Shown here piece after piece: positions 63,831 through 64,000 of a stretch of 64,000 bases of DNA. The stretch comes from Chiloscyllium plagiosum (Eukaryota): contig NC_057719.1 of assembly GCF_004010195.1 (NCBI RefSeq), forward strand, positions 93,201,946 to 93,265,945. The letters are read 5' to 3'. The notes under the pieces are model-generated. The model searched no databases and was not told where the DNA came from. It saw nothing but the letters and a program-made list of their open reading frames with translations. The translations under genes and the position numbers were made by a program. Position 1 is the stretch's first letter, and the number at the start of each line of letters is the position of its first letter.

Positions 63831-64000
63831 CAGACATGGCAAGTGTTGGTCCATCTCCCTGATGGTCTGCTCCCTGATGATCCCAGCGGACCCATTGCTC
63901 TCATCCACCATATATATATCCTGAGATCTGGGAGATGATACATATGTCACCTAGTCCTGCCTGGAAAGTTCCGGATCATAGAAGCTGAATGAAACTGTGA

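Overview
Repeat-dense vertebrate genomic DNA, most likely from a cartilaginous fish (shark); this is inferred from HE1/V-SINE-type SINEs and HER1/CR1-type LINEs. Most of the window is decayed retroelements: many CR1-clade LINE fragments, one L1/Tx1-clade ORF2, several Penelope-like (GIY-YIG) elements, SINEs and putative solo LTRs. Four minisatellites are also present. Underneath, the window is a scrambled tandem array of segmentally duplicated blocks. Three modules carry a minus-strand first exon resembling the expanded GPR139-like rhodopsin GPCR family of sharks. One is open (45172-45403), one has two stops (11698-11998) and one is a truncated remnant (~24.2-24.35 kb). Each exon starts with a variable number of 42-bp/14-aa repeats, most opening with their own ATG. 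The two complete copies end at an identical phase-1 donor (..LAIVGVP-G|GT). I could not find a 7TM second exon in the window. Penelope termini carry minimal hammerhead-ribozyme motifs, including ~95-bp stand-alone insertions with target-site duplications. Two minisatellites appear to derive from LINE 3' tails. All alignments were done by eye and repeat boundaries are approximate.
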